Source: Gemmatimonadota bacterium
GTDB taxonomy: Bacteria > Gemmatimonadota > Gemmatimonadetes > Palauibacterales > Palauibacteraceae
Reading direction: 5' to 3'
Assembly (NCBI GenBank): GCA_039584255.1
Contig: JBDGYE010000009.1
Location: forward strand, 2,279 to 66,278
Length of the DNA: 64,000 nt
Position numbers and translations under genes: made by a program. How positions within the stretch are numbered: the stretch's first letter is position 1; each line of letters begins with the position of its first letter. Below the pieces are notes generated by a model. That model made no database searches. It saw nothing but the letters and a program-made list of their open reading frames with translations, and had not been told where the DNA came from. This document shows positions 8,649 to 18,957 of the stretch, in pieces.

Positions 8649-10676
8649 TCAGACGGTCACCGCCTCTTCTTTCGGACTCGCCGCCTCCGTGGCAACTGCC
8701 GCGGCTGCCGGAACGAACTCAGGCCGTCGGCTCTTCCTCTGTGGTGCCACCGCGAGGATCGCTCCCAGTGCCACTATCATCCCACCGATCCAGAGCCAGG
8801 GAACGGCCGGGTTGACGATCGCACGCACGGTGGCGTGCGCTCCCTCTTCGGCGTCGAAGGACATGAGTGTAAGGTACAGGTCTTCTTTGAGGCTGGACCG
8901 CACGGCCGGTGTGGCGATGGGCTGCTCGGAGTTCGGATAGTAGTTCATCCGCGGCTGCATGGGCCCGAGCTCCTCACCTTCGTGAAAGACGGTCAAGGTG
9001 GCGCCAACGACAAACCGCTGCGGCTCCTCCCGTCCCCACACCTCGTCGAATCGGATGCCGTAGGCACCTAGCAGCATCGCCTCGCCGCTCCGAAGCGTCG
9101 CCTCGCGCTCGAATCGCCAGCTTCCGGAAATGGCCAGTGCTACGATGATGATCACGATCCCCGTGTGTACGATGTAGCCTCCGTAGCGACGGCTGTTTCT
9201 CGTGAGGATCTGTCCGAAGGCACGCACGGAGGACACGCCGGCGATGCGTCGGCGCGCCTGGACTCCCTTCCGGAACTCCTCGACGATCGTCGTCATGACG
9301 AAGCCGGCAAAGGCGAAGGTGAGCAGCGGGTAGACCCGGCGGACTCCCAGGAGCAGGCCGACGACCAGCACGATCGATCCGACCGCGGTCGGCAGCCAGA
9401 ATGCTCCGCGAATCCTCTCCGCCGTCGTCCTTCGCCACGGCAGCGCGGGGCCGACTCCCATGAGAAACAGGAGGAGGAGCCCCAGCGGAACGGTGACCAT
9501 GTTGAAGTACGGTGGACCGACGCTGACCCGGTTGCCGTTCACCGCCTCTACGATCAGGGGGAACGTCGTCCCCAGAAGCACGGTGAACGTGAAGGCGACG
9601 AACACGAGGTTGTTGAGGATGAAGGAACTCTCCTTGGACACGACGGCGTCCAACGAGCCGGGTGCGTAAAGGCGATCAGAGCGCCACGCGATCAGCACCA
9701 GCGAGGCCACCATTACGATAGCGATGAAGGCCAGGAAGAGCGGGCCGATCACCCCCTCAGTGAAGGCGTGCACCGAGTCCAGGATTCCCGAGCGGGTGAG
9801 GAACGTCCCGAACAGGGTGAGCAGAAAGGTGCCTATGATCAGGCTCAGATTCCACGTCTTCAACATCCCGCGCCGTTCCTGCACCATCACCGAGTGGAGG
9901 AAAGCAGTGGCCGTCAGCCACGGCAGAAACGAGGCGTTCTCCACGGGATCCCAGGCCCAGTAGCCGCCCCATCCCAGCACCTCGTACGACCACCAGCCTC
10001 CGGCCAGGATCCCGACCGAGAGGAAGGCCCAGGGCGCCACCGTCCAGCGGCGCGTGGCGCGAATCCACTCCTCGTCCAGCTTCCCCGCGAGCAGGGCTCC
10101 GATGGCGAAGGAGAAGGGAACCGCGAGACCTACGTACCCCAGGTACAGCATCGGTGGGTGCAGCCCCATCAGTGGATGGTTCTGAAGCAGCGGATTGGGG
10201 CCCGGTCCGTTAGCTGGAACCGGGAACACCTCGCCGAAGGGGCTCGCGGCCGTGGCCAGGAGACCGAAGAAGAAGATTCCGACGATACCCATGACGCCTT
10301 CGGCGAACGGCACGAGTCGCGAGAGTGAGCGTCGGTTCACGAACGCGAACAGGGCGCCGTAACCGGCGAGGATCCATCCCCAGAACAGGATCGATCCCTC
10401 GAGACTGCTCCACAGGGATATCGCCGTGTAATAGAGCGGCGTCTCGCGGCTCCCGACCTTGGCCACGTATTCGACGCTGAAGTCATGGGTGAGGAGCGCG
10501 GTCTCCATGGCGGCGACCGCAACGGTCATCGCACCGAAGATGAAGTACGTCCCATACCGGGCCGCCCTGATCAGGGCCGGACGCCTGCTGAACCCCGCAA
10601 CCACCCCGACTACGGCGACGGCCAGGGCTCCCAGGAGCGCCGCCGTGACGGCGGCACTTCCGATGATGTTCAGCAT
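8649..10676 (-). CDS. ccmF: cytochrome c heme lyase subunit CcmF
   Basis: 675-aa polytopic protein with the WWD-type tryptophan-rich motif WGGYWAWDPVENASFLPWL and conserved His residues. Confidence 0.9.
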   Translation of the reverse strand: MLNIIGSAAVTAALLGALAVAVVGVVAGFSRRPALIRAARYGTYFIFGAMTVAVAAMETALLTHDFSVEYVAKVGSRETPLYYTAISLWSSLEGSILFWGWILAGYGALFAFVNRRSLSRLVPFAEGVMGIVGIFFFGLLATAASPFGEVFPVPANGPGPNPLLQNHPLMGLHPPMLYLGYVGLAVPFSFAIGALLAGKLDEEWIRATRRWTVAPWAFLSVGILAGGWWSYEVLGWGGYWAWDPVENASFLPWLTATAFLHSVMVQERRGMLKTWNLSLIIGTFLLTLFGTFLTRSGILDSVHAFTEGVIGPLFLAFIAIVMVASLVLIAWRSDRLYAPGSLDAVVSKESSFILNNLVFVAFTFTVLLGTTFPLIVEAVNGNRVSVGPPYFNMVTVPLGLLLLFLMGVGPALPWRRTTAERIRGAFWLPTAVGSIVLVVGLLLGVRRVYPLLTFAFAGFVMTTIVEEFRKGVQARRRIAGVSSVRAFGQILTRNSRRYGGYIVHTGIVIIIVALAISGSWRFEREATLRSGEAMLLGAYGIRFDEVWGREEPQRFVVGATLTVFHEGEELGPMQPRMNYYPNSEQPIATPAVRSSLKEDLYLTLMSFDAEEGAHATVRAIVNPAVPWLWIGGMIVALGAILAVAPQRKSRRPEFVPAAAAVATEAASPKEEAVTV

Positions 10677-10683
10677 CGGGGCC

Positions 10684-11136
10684 TCATGACGTGCCTTCGG
10701 GCTTCACAAGCGACTCGTACATCTCCTGCGGCGTGCGCTCGTCATGCGGCGGCTCGTACTCGTTGGAGTGTTTCACCATCAGGTTGGTGGCCTCGAAGAC
10801 TCCGTCCTCTCGGTACCGTCCCTCCACCACCACGCCGATTCCCTCCTTGAACATTGCCGGCGGTGCGCCGGTGCTCTTGACCTGCACCTCGCTCAGGCTG
10901 TCCTGTACGACGAAACGGAGGTCGAGCGTCTCGGCGTTCCACGAGCGGGAGCCGGGCTTCACCTGGCCTCCCAGGCGAAGGGGTTGATCCACTACGTCGG
11001 CGGCCCGCGCCTGCAGCTCGCTCGGGGTGAGGAAGTAAACCACGTTCTCGCTCAGGCCGCCCACGATCAGCACCGCGATCGCCGCGACGATGGCAACGAT
11101 GCCGAGGCCGGCCCAGAGTTTCTTCGATCTTCCCAT
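10684..11136 (-). CDS. ccmE: cytochrome c maturation heme chaperone CcmE
   Basis: 150 aa with an N-terminal anchor, an OB-fold-like body, and a C-terminal KHSNEYEPP (heme-binding His...Tyr motif). Confidence 0.85.
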   Translation of the reverse strand: MGRSKKLWAGLGIVAIVAAIAVLIVGGLSENVVYFLTPSELQARAADVVDQPLRLGGQVKPGSRSWNAETLDLRFVVQDSLSEVQVKSTGAPPAMFKEGIGVVVEGRYREDGVFEATNLMVKHSNEYEPPHDERTPQEMYESLVKPEGTS

Positions 11137-11188
11137 AAGAAGCCCAAACCTTGTCTCACATCCGGCAACTTCGTCCCGGATGATCGTG

Positions 11189-11434
11189 TCAACTTGTCCC
11201 AGGATCTCCCGGGCTCTTCTCCGGACCCTTTACTGCTCCGAACGCCGCCAGCGCCCGGTACGTCAATTCACACCGCCGCCGCAGCCTGAACGTGTAGCCC
11301 AGCAGGACGGCCCAGGTGAGCCCGTAGCCCGCGACAACGAATCCCCGGTTGTCCATTCCCGTTCGGGTGGCGTACAGCCACAGCAGGATCAGGGCCACTG
11401 CAAGAACGGCGAAAACCAGCCGTGACTTAGCCAT
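11189..11434 (-). CDS. ccmD: small membrane protein, CcmD-like heme exporter subunit
   Basis: Lies between ccmC and ccmE. The segment VVAGYGLTWAVLLGYTFRLRRR resembles the CcmD helix plus basic patch. ATG 11434 overlaps the ccmC end by 8 nt. Internal ATG 11356 would give a more typical 55-aa protein, so the start is unresolved. Confidence 0.55.
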   Translation of the reverse strand: MAKSRLVFAVLAVALILLWLYATRTGMDNRGFVVAGYGLTWAVLLGYTFRLRRRCELTYRALAAFGAVKGPEKSPGDPGTS

Positions 11435-12104
11435 GATACGCCACTCGCTGTTCGAGTTCCCCCTCCAGCCTCGCCAGCCGGATCCGGCGGATCATCAGGA
11501 AGACGTAGACCGCCGTGAAAGCCGCCACGTTGAACAGCAGTGTCCACAGAATCTCGGACGCCACCGACCTCGGGCTCGAAGGCGGCTGATGGAGCGTTCG
11601 CCACCACACCACCGAGAGATAGACTATCGGAACGTTGGCGAAGCCAATGATCCCTACGATGGCCGCCCACCGCGCCCGCTTCTCGGGATCGTCGGCGAAG
11701 CTCCTGATTGCCAGATAGCCGACGTAGATGGCCAGCAGGATGGCCGTGGTGGTGAGTCGCGGATCCCAGGTCCACCACACGCCCCATGTCGGCTTACCCC
11801 ACATCATCCCCAGAGCGAGGGTGAGAACCGTGAACACGACGCCAACCTCGGCCGAGGCGACCGCGACCCGATCCCAGCGCGGATCCCGCTGCATCAGGTA
11901 GAGGATGCTCATCACGAACACCACGAAGAAGGCCAGAAAGGCCAGCCAGGCGGCGGGAACGTGCACGTACATGAGACGCTGCACGTTCCCCTGGGCCGCG
12001 TCCGCGCTGACCAGGAACAGCCCCGCCGCGCCGCCCACGATCATCACGATCAGAGCGAGCACGCCGAAGAATCTCTCAACGCCCGACTCCTTCCCCACTC
12101 TCAT
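11427..12104 (-). CDS. ccmC: heme exporter protein CcmC
   Basis: WWD motif WGKPTWGVWWTWDPRLTTT in a polytopic protein. ATG 12104 overlaps the ccmB stop (ATGA), so it is preferred over 12137. Confidence 0.9.
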   Translation of the reverse strand: MRVGKESGVERFFGVLALIVMIVGGAAGLFLVSADAAQGNVQRLMYVHVPAAWLAFLAFFVVFVMSILYLMQRDPRWDRVAVASAEVGVVFTVLTLALGMMWGKPTWGVWWTWDPRLTTTAILLAIYVGYLAIRSFADDPEKRARWAAIVGIIGFANVPIVYLSVVWWRTLHQPPSSPRSVASEILWTLLFNVAAFTAVYVFLMIRRIRLARLEGELEQRVAYHG

Positions 12105-12772
12105 TCCTCCAGGGCAATCGGGAAGATCCAAGTGCAAATGACGAAAAAGATTACGTCGAACGCCGCGAGGAGGCGAATCCAGAGTCCGATCTCACCCATC
12201 GCATCGCCCCCCACCACGAGCGTCGTCGCGTTAACGGCGCCGAGCAAGACCGGTACCAGGGCTGGAAGGAGCAGCAGCGGCAGCATCACCTCCCTGGCGC
12301 GGAGGTTGACGGTCAAGGCAGCGTAGAAGGTTCCCACGATGGAGAATCCGATCGTGCCGAGTACGGCAACGCCTGCCATGGGCGCTGCGTGCGGCCACAA
12401 CTCAATCTGGAACAGGATCGCCGAGAGGGGAATGAGAACCGCCTCGACCAGCAGAAGGATGATGATGTTGCCGATCAGCTTCCCCAGGTAGATGGCGCGG
12501 AGGTCACCTGGATAGAGCTTGAGCCCCTCCACGCCGCCGCTCGTCTCCTCGCTCTGGTAGGTCCGGCTGAGAGAGAGGATTCCCGTGAAGGCGATACCCA
12601 CCCACAGAACGCCGCCGGAGACCTTCCGCAGCAACTCGGTGTCGGCGCCCAGTGCGAAGCTGAAGATGAACAGCACAAGGGCCGCGAAGAATACCATCGC
12701 GTTGAAGCTCTGCTTCGTTCGGCCCTCGATGAGGAGGTCCTTCCAGACGATCGCCCAAGCGCGGTCCAGCAT
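12101..12772 (-). CDS. ccmB: heme exporter ABC permease CcmB
   Basis: 223-aa six-helix membrane protein between ccmA and ccmC. Its start shares one base with the ccmA stop (TGATG). Confidence 0.8.
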   Translation of the reverse strand: MLDRAWAIVWKDLLIEGRTKQSFNAMVFFAALVLFIFSFALGADTELLRKVSGGVLWVGIAFTGILSLSRTYQSEETSGGVEGLKLYPGDLRAIYLGKLIGNIIILLLVEAVLIPLSAILFQIELWPHAAPMAGVAVLGTIGFSIVGTFYAALTVNLRAREVMLPLLLLPALVPVLLGAVNATTLVVGGDAMGEIGLWIRLLAAFDVIFFVICTWIFPIALEE

Positions 12773-13461
12773 CAGTCCACCTCGTGCCGGCTCGAGAGGT
12801 GCTCGAGAGGTTCCCCGCCCGGTGGGAGTATCTCCAGTCTCCCCTTGTGTAGCACGGCCGTCTGCTCCGCCGCCCGCACCGCCTCACCGTCCTGGTGCGA
12901 GGCGAGTAGGACTGTCGTGCCGCCGTCCTTGAATTCTCTGACGATCGCGTCCACGAGGGCCGTTCCCTCGGCGTCGAGTCCCGAGTACGGCTCGTCCATG
13001 AGCGCCACCTCCAGCGGCCGCACCAGCAGCTGAGCCAGGGCTAGGCGCTTGCGCATACCGGTGGAGAAAGTGCGCACCCGCTGGTCCGCGACGTCCGCCA
13101 GACCGACCCTTTCCAGGACCGCTAGGGCGGCCTCCCGGTCCGCCTTGAGGCCGGCCATGCGGGTCGTGAAGTCGAGGTTCTCCCTGGCCGTCAGGTCGTC
13201 ATAGAGGTAGCCGCGGACGGTGAACAGGCCCGTTCGGAGTCGGATCTCGTCCGGTGACTCGCGGACGGAATGGCCCATCACGATCGCGTCCCCAGCCGAC
13301 GGCTTGAGGAGCGTGGCGACGACCTTGAGAAGTGTCGTCTTTCCAGCGCCGTTAGGTCCGACCAGGCACAGTGTTGTGCCCTTCTCCACGCGTGCCGAGG
13401 CGTCGCGGAGAGCCCAGTTCCACCCGAATCGCTTGGAGAGGCGGTGCAGCTCCAGGGCCAC
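12772..13461 (-). CDS. ccmA: heme exporter ABC ATP-binding protein CcmA
   Basis: Walker A GPNGAGKTTLL, signature FSTGMRKRL, and Walker B ALMDEP. It is the first gene of the ccm operon. Confidence 0.85.
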   Translation of the reverse strand: MALELHRLSKRFGWNWALRDASARVEKGTTLCLVGPNGAGKTTLLKVVATLLKPSAGDAIVMGHSVRESPDEIRLRTGLFTVRGYLYDDLTARENLDFTTRMAGLKADREAALAVLERVGLADVADQRVRTFSTGMRKRLALAQLLVRPLEVALMDEPYSGLDAEGTALVDAIVREFKDGGTTVLLASHQDGEAVRAAEQTAVLHKGRLEILPPGGEPLEHLSSRHEVD

Positions 13462-13549
13462 CGACGGTTTCGGTAACGCCGACGCCGCGTGCCGGCGTTG
13501 CGGCGCGATCAGCGGCCTCCTCTGCCCTCACCTGCGGAACAGGCGCGGC

Positions 13550-14092
13550 TCATCCGCCGCCCTCGTCGCCGGCGGGTTGCAGTCGCTCCATCCGCCGGAG
13601 GAGGTTGTTGCCGTAGTTCTGCACGTACTGCCAGGCCGGGTGTGCCCCGGGAACAGTGCGCATGGCCGCCCACTGAGCGGGCTCGGTGGGGAGGTTCACG
13701 GGGTGGTAGAGAGCCTCCACGTAGAGCAGAGTGCCTCCACGCTCGGGCATGGCCCAGAACATCAGCTTGATCCACTTCTCCGGCTCCGACAGATGGCCGA
13801 ACGTGACGGAGTCCAGGACCCTCGGAACGTAGATCCAGTCCGACTCCATCTTGGCCACGTTCGCCGTATCGTCGACCGTCCGCTGGAACCAGCGTGCCAT
13901 GATCCCGTCGTTCCGCAGGACCTCCCACGATATCTGGATGACCGTGTCCGCCGGTGCGGCGACTCGCAGGACCGTGGCGCTTCTGGATGGGCCTCGCTGG
14001 ATCCCCTGGCTCCCGCTGCCGGACGAGCAGGCGCCGAATACACCGGCGGCCAGACCGAGTACCAGCCAACGCTGCGTGCGGGAATCGAACAT
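13550..14092 (-). CDS. hypothetical lipoprotein
   Basis: Signal peptide with lipobox LAAGVFGAC|SSG. Its balanced composition (W, Y, N, K present) contrasts with the Arg-rich overlapping ORFs 13509..14240 and 13220..14359. Confidence 0.5.
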   Translation of the reverse strand: MFDSRTQRWLVLGLAAGVFGACSSGSGSQGIQRGPSRSATVLRVAAPADTVIQISWEVLRNDGIMARWFQRTVDDTANVAKMESDWIYVPRVLDSVTFGHLSEPEKWIKLMFWAMPERGGTLLYVEALYHPVNLPTEPAQWAAMRTVPGAHPAWQYVQNYGNNLLRRMERLQPAGDEGGG

Positions 14093-14321
14093 GCTTGCCT
14101 CCTCCTTGAAGGGCGCACCGTACCCACCCCGGCCTCTGATCGATGCACGTGGTTATGCTACATTGCACTCCGTGACGCAACCTTTCTTGAGCACCGGGCC
14201 GCGGCTCCTCCCGAGCGCTGGAAAGCCGGCCCGTCGCCACCTAAGTTCGCAGCCTTGGAGAACCGATTCTCGGGAGGCACGGCGCGTGCGCGCGCTCCCG
14301 ACCCACACAGGAGAGACGGTC

Positions 14322-15539
14322 GTGGACCTGACGGATGTGGCGAGCCTCTCGGCGCCTGATGGGGAGAAGATCCTGCTGCTGGTGGTGGACGGGCTCGGCG
14401 GTCTGCCGCTGGAGCCGGGGGGACTCACCGAGCTGGAGACGGCCCGCACCCCCAACCTCGACGCCCTGGTTGCCGTGGGAGACTTGGGACTGCACACGCC
14501 AGTCGCGCCCGGCATCACTCCCGGGAGCGGGCCGGGTCACCTGGCGCTGTTCGGCTTCGACCCGCTCCGCTACAGCATCGGGCGCGGCGTCCTATCGGCC
14601 CTCGGGATCGAGTTTCCGCTGCAGCCGGGTGACGTCGCGGCGCGCGGCAACCTGTGCACCGTGGACGACGCCGGGCTTGTCATGGATCGCCGGGCAGGTC
14701 GTATACCCACGGAGGAGGCAGCGCCTCTCTGCGAGCTGCTGGCCGGGATACAGGTAGAGGGCGCGGAGGTCTTCGTTCAGCCGGTGAAGGAGCACCGGTT
14801 TCTGCTGGTGCTCAGGACGGCCGAGCCGAGCGGCGCCGAGATCGGCGACACGGATCCGGGACGGGCCGGTCTCCCGCCTCGGGAGGTGAGGGCCGACAGT
14901 CCGGTATCGGCTCCCGCCGCCGCGGCCGCCCGCGCCTGGCTCAGCCAGGTTCCGGATGTGCTCGCTGGGCAGCCGCGTGCCAACATGGCGCTCCTTCGGG
15001 GCTTCGCGGCCCTGCCGGACTGGCCACGCTTTCCGGACGTGTTCCGGATGCGGTCCGTGGCCGTCGCGGCCTATCCGATGTACCGGGGGGTGGCGCGGCT
15101 GGTAGGAATGGACGCCGTCACCGTCGAAGAGTCACTGGACGCCCTGGTGGAAGCCGTGGAGAGCCGGTTGGAGGAGTACGACTTCTTCTTCCTGCACGTG
15201 AAGGGGACGGACAAGGCGGGCGAGGACGGCGACTTCGATCGTAAGGTCCGGATCATCGAGGAGGTGGATGCCCTGGTGCCGAAGCTTCGGAAGACCGGCA
15301 TAGGAGTGCTGTTGGTTACCGGGGACCACTCCACGCCCGCCCTGATGAGGAGCCACAGCTGGCACCCGGTGCCGTTCCTACTGGCCGGTGGGCCCGGAAG
15401 AGGGTGGGACCCGGGTGCGAGGCCGGGGAAGTTCGGAGAAACGGACTGCGGGCGAGGCTCGCTGGGCCGGATCAGGGGCTGCGAGCTCATGCCGCTGGCG
15501 GCGGCCCGTGCCGGGAGACTGGGCAAGTACGGAGCGTAG
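14322..15539 (+). CDS. apgM: cofactor-independent phosphoglycerate mutase, archaeal type (ApgM family)
   Basis: Motifs LLLVVDGLGGLP, TPNLDAL, PGSGPGHLALFGFDP, DRRAGRI, FFFLHVKGTDKAGEDGDF, and VTGDHSTP. GTG 14322 is preceded by AGGAGA (14309-14314). The upstream 157 codons of the long ORF are antisense to the lipoprotein gene. Confidence 0.75.
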   Translation: MDLTDVASLSAPDGEKILLLVVDGLGGLPLEPGGLTELETARTPNLDALVAVGDLGLHTPVAPGITPGSGPGHLALFGFDPLRYSIGRGVLSALGIEFPLQPGDVAARGNLCTVDDAGLVMDRRAGRIPTEEAAPLCELLAGIQVEGAEVFVQPVKEHRFLLVLRTAEPSGAEIGDTDPGRAGLPPREVRADSPVSAPAAAAARAWLSQVPDVLAGQPRANMALLRGFAALPDWPRFPDVFRMRSVAVAAYPMYRGVARLVGMDAVTVEESLDALVEAVESRLEEYDFFFLHVKGTDKAGEDGDFDRKVRIIEEVDALVPKLRKTGIGVLLVTGDHSTPALMRSHSWHPVPFLLAGGPGRGWDPGARPGKFGETDCGRGSLGRIRGCELMPLAAARAGRLGKYGA

Positions 15540-15611
15540 TGGCGGGCGCACGCCGACGGAAGAGCCGCCGGTGTCGGCGCTCCGGCCGCGCGCTGGAGAA
15601 GAGGAGAGCGA

Positions 15612-16424
15612 ATGCGTTGCCCGAAGTGCGGAAGCGACGAGACGGGGAAGTTCTGCTCGCAGTGTGGATCAGCCCTCCGGGCCGGAGCAGGGGCATGCGG
15701 CGCCTGCGGAGCCGGCGTCGAGCGAGGGGCGATGTACTGCGGCGAGTGCGGCGCCCCGACCGGTAGGCGCTCCGCGAAGCCGGTGACGGCGTATCTTCCC
15801 TGGATCCTGTCCGCCCTGGCGCTGGCCGCTTTCGCGGTTGCCATCACGATGTTCCTGCGCGGTCAGGCCATGGAGCGCCAGGCCGGGATGCCTCTCAGTG
15901 GAGGTGTCATTGGGGGTGAGGGCACCTCTCCTGCCGAAGCACCCACGGGCGGTGGGGTCGAGTCTATGCCGAGCGCCGCGGAACTCGCCGCAATGTCACC
16001 CAGGGAGGCGGCGGACAGGCTGTTCGACCGGGCGATGCGTACCGACGAGAGCGGCGACACGGAGCGAGCCCAGTTCTTCGCCCACATGGCCGTGCAGGCC
16101 TACGACGGTCTTCCCCCGGAGCAGTTGGATCTGGACGCCCGCTTCCACCAGGGCCTCCTCAGGCTGGTAATGAAAGACCCCGCCGGAGCCGCGGCCGACG
16201 CCGACGAGATCCTGGCCGCCGATCCGGATCACCTTCTCGGCCTGGTTCTCTCGGCGCGGGCGGCCGACGCCGGCGGAGATGAGATGGGGATGGTCGCCGC
16301 CTACGAGCGTCTTCTCGGAGCGCTCCCGGTCGGCCTGGCCTCGGGGCGCCAGGAGTACGAGATGCACGATCGCCTCCTCGAGTCCGAGGCGGAACGGGCG
16401 AGGGCGCTTACGGGCGGGGACTAG
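15612..16424 (+). CDS. double zinc-ribbon membrane protein with helical-repeat C-terminal domain
   Basis: N-terminus [19 protein letters not shown]...[19 protein letters not shown] gives four CxxC pairs. One TM helix follows ([21 protein letters not shown]), then an Ala/Leu/Asp-rich helical domain. Confidence 0.6.
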   Translation: MRCPKCGSDETGKFCSQCGSALRAGAGACGACGAGVERGAMYCGECGAPTGRRSAKPVTAYLPWILSALALAAFAVAITMFLRGQAMERQAGMPLSGGVIGGEGTSPAEAPTGGGVESMPSAAELAAMSPREAADRLFDRAMRTDESGDTERAQFFAHMAVQAYDGLPPEQLDLDARFHQGLLRLVMKDPAGAAADADEILAADPDHLLGLVLSARAADAGGDEMGMVAAYERLLGALPVGLASGRQEYEMHDRLLESEAERARALTGGD

Positions 16425-18817
16425 CCGTCTACGCCGCCGACCCCCGGACCGCCGGGATCGAGCCGGGCCCCGCGCAGCCGGTTGGCGTTGGTGACAACCG
16501 TGATGGAGCTGACCGCCATCGCGGCCTCCGCGAGTATCGGGTGGAGCAGGCCGAGTATCGCCACGGGTATGGCGATCGTGTTGTAGAAATAGGCCCAGAA
16601 CAGGTTCTGCCGGATCTTCCGGAAGGTGGCGCGTGACAGCAGGAGGGCCTGTACCACTCCCAGCAGCTCGCCCCTGACGAGCGTCATGTCCGCGGCCTCG
16701 ATGGCGATGTCCGTCCCCGTGCCGATGGCGATCCCGACGTCGGCCTGCTTAAGCGACGGCGCGTCGTTGATGCCGTCCCCCACCATGGCAACCACCCGGC
16801 CATTCTCCTGTAGCTCCCGGACCACGTCGACCTTCTGATCGGGGAGCAGGTTGGCCCGCACGTCGTCGATGCCTACCGCACGCGCCACGGATGTGGCCGT
16901 GCGCTCGTTGTCGCCCGTGAGCATGATCGTCCGTAGACCCAGTTCCCGGAGGCGGCCGATCGCCGCCCGGCTGTCCCTCTTTACCCGGTCGGCGACCGCC
17001 AGCAGGCCCGCGGCGAGCCCGTCGACCGTGACGAACATCACCGTTCGTCCCTCGTTCTCCAGTCCAGCTGCTAGCCGCCGCAGATCGCCAGGGAACGAGA
17101 CACCGCTCTCCGTGACGAGTCTCTCGCTTCCGACGAGGACGCGGCGCCCGATCACGTTTCCACGTACCCCCAGCCCGGTGAGAGCCTCGAAGCCGTCGAC
17201 CGGCGGCAGATCGAGGCCTCGGTCACGCGCGGCTCGGGCGACGGCCTCTCCCAGCGGGTGCTCCGAAGCCCGCTCCACGGCGCCGGCAAGGACTAGCAGA
17301 TCGTCCTCCGACCATCCGCCTGCCGGGACGACGTCGGTCAACGAGGGCTCGCCGCCGGTGACCGTGCCGGTCTTGTCGAACACGACCACATCCGCGGACT
17401 TGAGCGTCTGGATGGCAGTGCCATCCCGGATCAGCACGCCGTGCTCGGCGCCAAGGCCCGTCCCCACCATGAGGGCCGTGGGTGTAGCCAGGCCCAGCGC
17501 GCACGGGCAGGCGATCACCAGCACCGCCAGCGCCGCGAACAGCGCCAGCGAGACGCGGCCGAGGTCCGGTTCCACCCACGGGAGGAAGCTCGCGGCCCAG
17601 GCCGCCACCGCCCGGAACGCGTCCGGGAGGAGAAGCCACCCGACGAGGGTCGCCAGCGCGATGGCCAGGACGACCGGTACGAACACGGCGGTTACCCGGT
17701 CCGCGAACTCCTGTATCGGCACCTTGCTGCCTTGCGCCTGCTCCACCATCCGCACGACGCCGGCGAGGAACGTGTTCTCTCCCACCTCGGTCGCCCGCAC
17801 TTGCAGGACTCCCTGCCGGTTGATCGTGGCACCGATTACACGGTCGCCCTCGGCCTTGTCCACCGGCAGCGACTCACCGGTCGCGAGCGACTCGTCCACG
17901 GCACTGCCGCCGGCGACCACGACGCCGTCGGTGGGAATCTTTTCTCCGGGCCGCACGATCATCAGCTCGCCCACGCCGACCTCGGCAATGGGGACCTCCG
18001 TCTCGAGTCCGTCCCTGAGCACGGTGGCCGTCCTCGCCTCGAGCGAGAGCAGCTTCTGAATGGCGGCCGACGTACGGCCCCGGGCCCGCGTCTCCACGTC
18101 GCGGCCGGTCAGGTGGATGGCCATGATCATGGCACCGACGCCCGCGTAGTTCATCACCGCCGGGCCGACGCCCATATGATGGGCCGCAGCCGCCAGGCCG
18201 GTGAGCACGGCCGCGCCGCTGCCCAGTGCGATGAGAGTGTCCATGTTGGGGCGGAGGTGGCGCACTGCGGTGAGACCGCTCCGCAGCGTGGCCCCACCCG
18301 GTCCGAGCAGCACCGGAATGGCTAGCAAGGTGAGTCCGAGGTCGAAGACGGCTGGGCTCGGCCACGGAATCCCGAAGAACATCTCCGGCACCATCCACAG
18401 CATTATGGGGACGGTCAGAGCCCAGGCCGTGACCATCCGGCGTCTTGCCTGCCGGACCTTCTGTTCCTCCCGCTCCAGCCGCTCACGCTCCCTTGCCGCC
18501 CGGTCGACGAACGGCTCCGGAGTCTGGAGCCTGTACCCGGCCTTTTCGACCGCCTGGCTCAGCGCTTCGAATGTCACCTCGCTGGAGGTGAGTTTCACGG
18601 TGGCTGTTTCGGCAGGAAGGCTGACAGAGGCCTCGACGCCCTCGATGCGGTTCAGGGTGCGCTCGACAGCGCTGCTGCAGGCGCCGCAGTGCATGCCGTC
18701 CACGCGGAACACCTCCACACGGGCCCTGTCGACGGCAACGGCCGGCGCGGCTGCGCCACCCACTTCGGCTTCCCTGTCGGCCCGGTCGATCATCACGGTT
18801 CTCCTGGCGTGGACCAT
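16421..18817 (-). CDS. copA: heavy-metal (Cu+-type) translocating P1B-type ATPase
   Basis: One HMA domain with [11 protein letters not shown], a CPC motif in [12 protein letters not shown], the phosphorylation site DKTGTVT, and the hinge [10 protein letters not shown]. Confidence 0.9.
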   Translation of the reverse strand: MVHARRTVMIDRADREAEVGGAAAPAVAVDRARVEVFRVDGMHCGACSSAVERTLNRIEGVEASVSLPAETATVKLTSSEVTFEALSQAVEKAGYRLQTPEPFVDRAARERERLEREEQKVRQARRRMVTAWALTVPIMLWMVPEMFFGIPWPSPAVFDLGLTLLAIPVLLGPGGATLRSGLTAVRHLRPNMDTLIALGSGAAVLTGLAAAAHHMGVGPAVMNYAGVGAMIMAIHLTGRDVETRARGRTSAAIQKLLSLEARTATVLRDGLETEVPIAEVGVGELMIVRPGEKIPTDGVVVAGGSAVDESLATGESLPVDKAEGDRVIGATINRQGVLQVRATEVGENTFLAGVVRMVEQAQGSKVPIQEFADRVTAVFVPVVLAIALATLVGWLLLPDAFRAVAAWAASFLPWVEPDLGRVSLALFAALAVLVIACPCALGLATPTALMVGTGLGAEHGVLIRDGTAIQTLKSADVVVFDKTGTVTGGEPSLTDVVPAGGWSEDDLLVLAGAVERASEHPLGEAVARAARDRGLDLPPVDGFEALTGLGVRGNVIGRRVLVGSERLVTESGVSFPGDLRRLAAGLENEGRTVMFVTVDGLAAGLLAVADRVKRDSRAAIGRLRELGLRTIMLTGDNERTATSVARAVGIDDVRANLLPDQKVDVVRELQENGRVVAMVGDGINDAPSLKQADVGIAIGTGTDIAIEAADMTLVRGELLGVVQALLLSRATFRKIRQNLFWAYFYNTIAIPVAILGLLHPILAEAAMAVSSITVVTNANRLRGARLDPGGPGVGGVDG

Positions 18818-18957
18818 TCTCCGTCGTCTGGTACCCGACGGGTTCCGCCGTCGCCCTGCGCGCGCCCACGGGAGAGGAAATCTCCTGAATATAGAGACCT
18901 CTTGCCCGGCGGGCTCGGAGGTGGACGCGGAGTCCGCGTCCGGGTTAGACTGATGCC

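Noticed and set aside
9165-10328. 387-aa plus-strand ORF inside ccmF. Similar cases are 11349..12326 inside ccmC/ccmB and 7329..8234 inside ccmH/ccmG.
   Set aside because: These are antisense to well-supported ccm genes. Their composition is highly charged (Arg/Glu/Asp/His/Gly-rich) and they have no motifs.
13220-14359. 379-aa plus ORF and the 243-aa minus ORF 13509..14240, both competing with the lipoprotein call
   Set aside because: Both are Arg/Gly/Pro-rich. The first is antisense to ccmA. The 13550..14092 frame has a lipobox signal peptide and balanced composition, so it was preferred.
16851-18059. 402-aa and 294-aa plus-strand ORFs (also 17441..18325) within the P-type ATPase gene
   Set aside because: They are antisense to a gene with DKTGT, CPC and HMA motifs. 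Their Ser/Arg/Thr/Pro-rich low-complexity translations point to GC-driven open frames.
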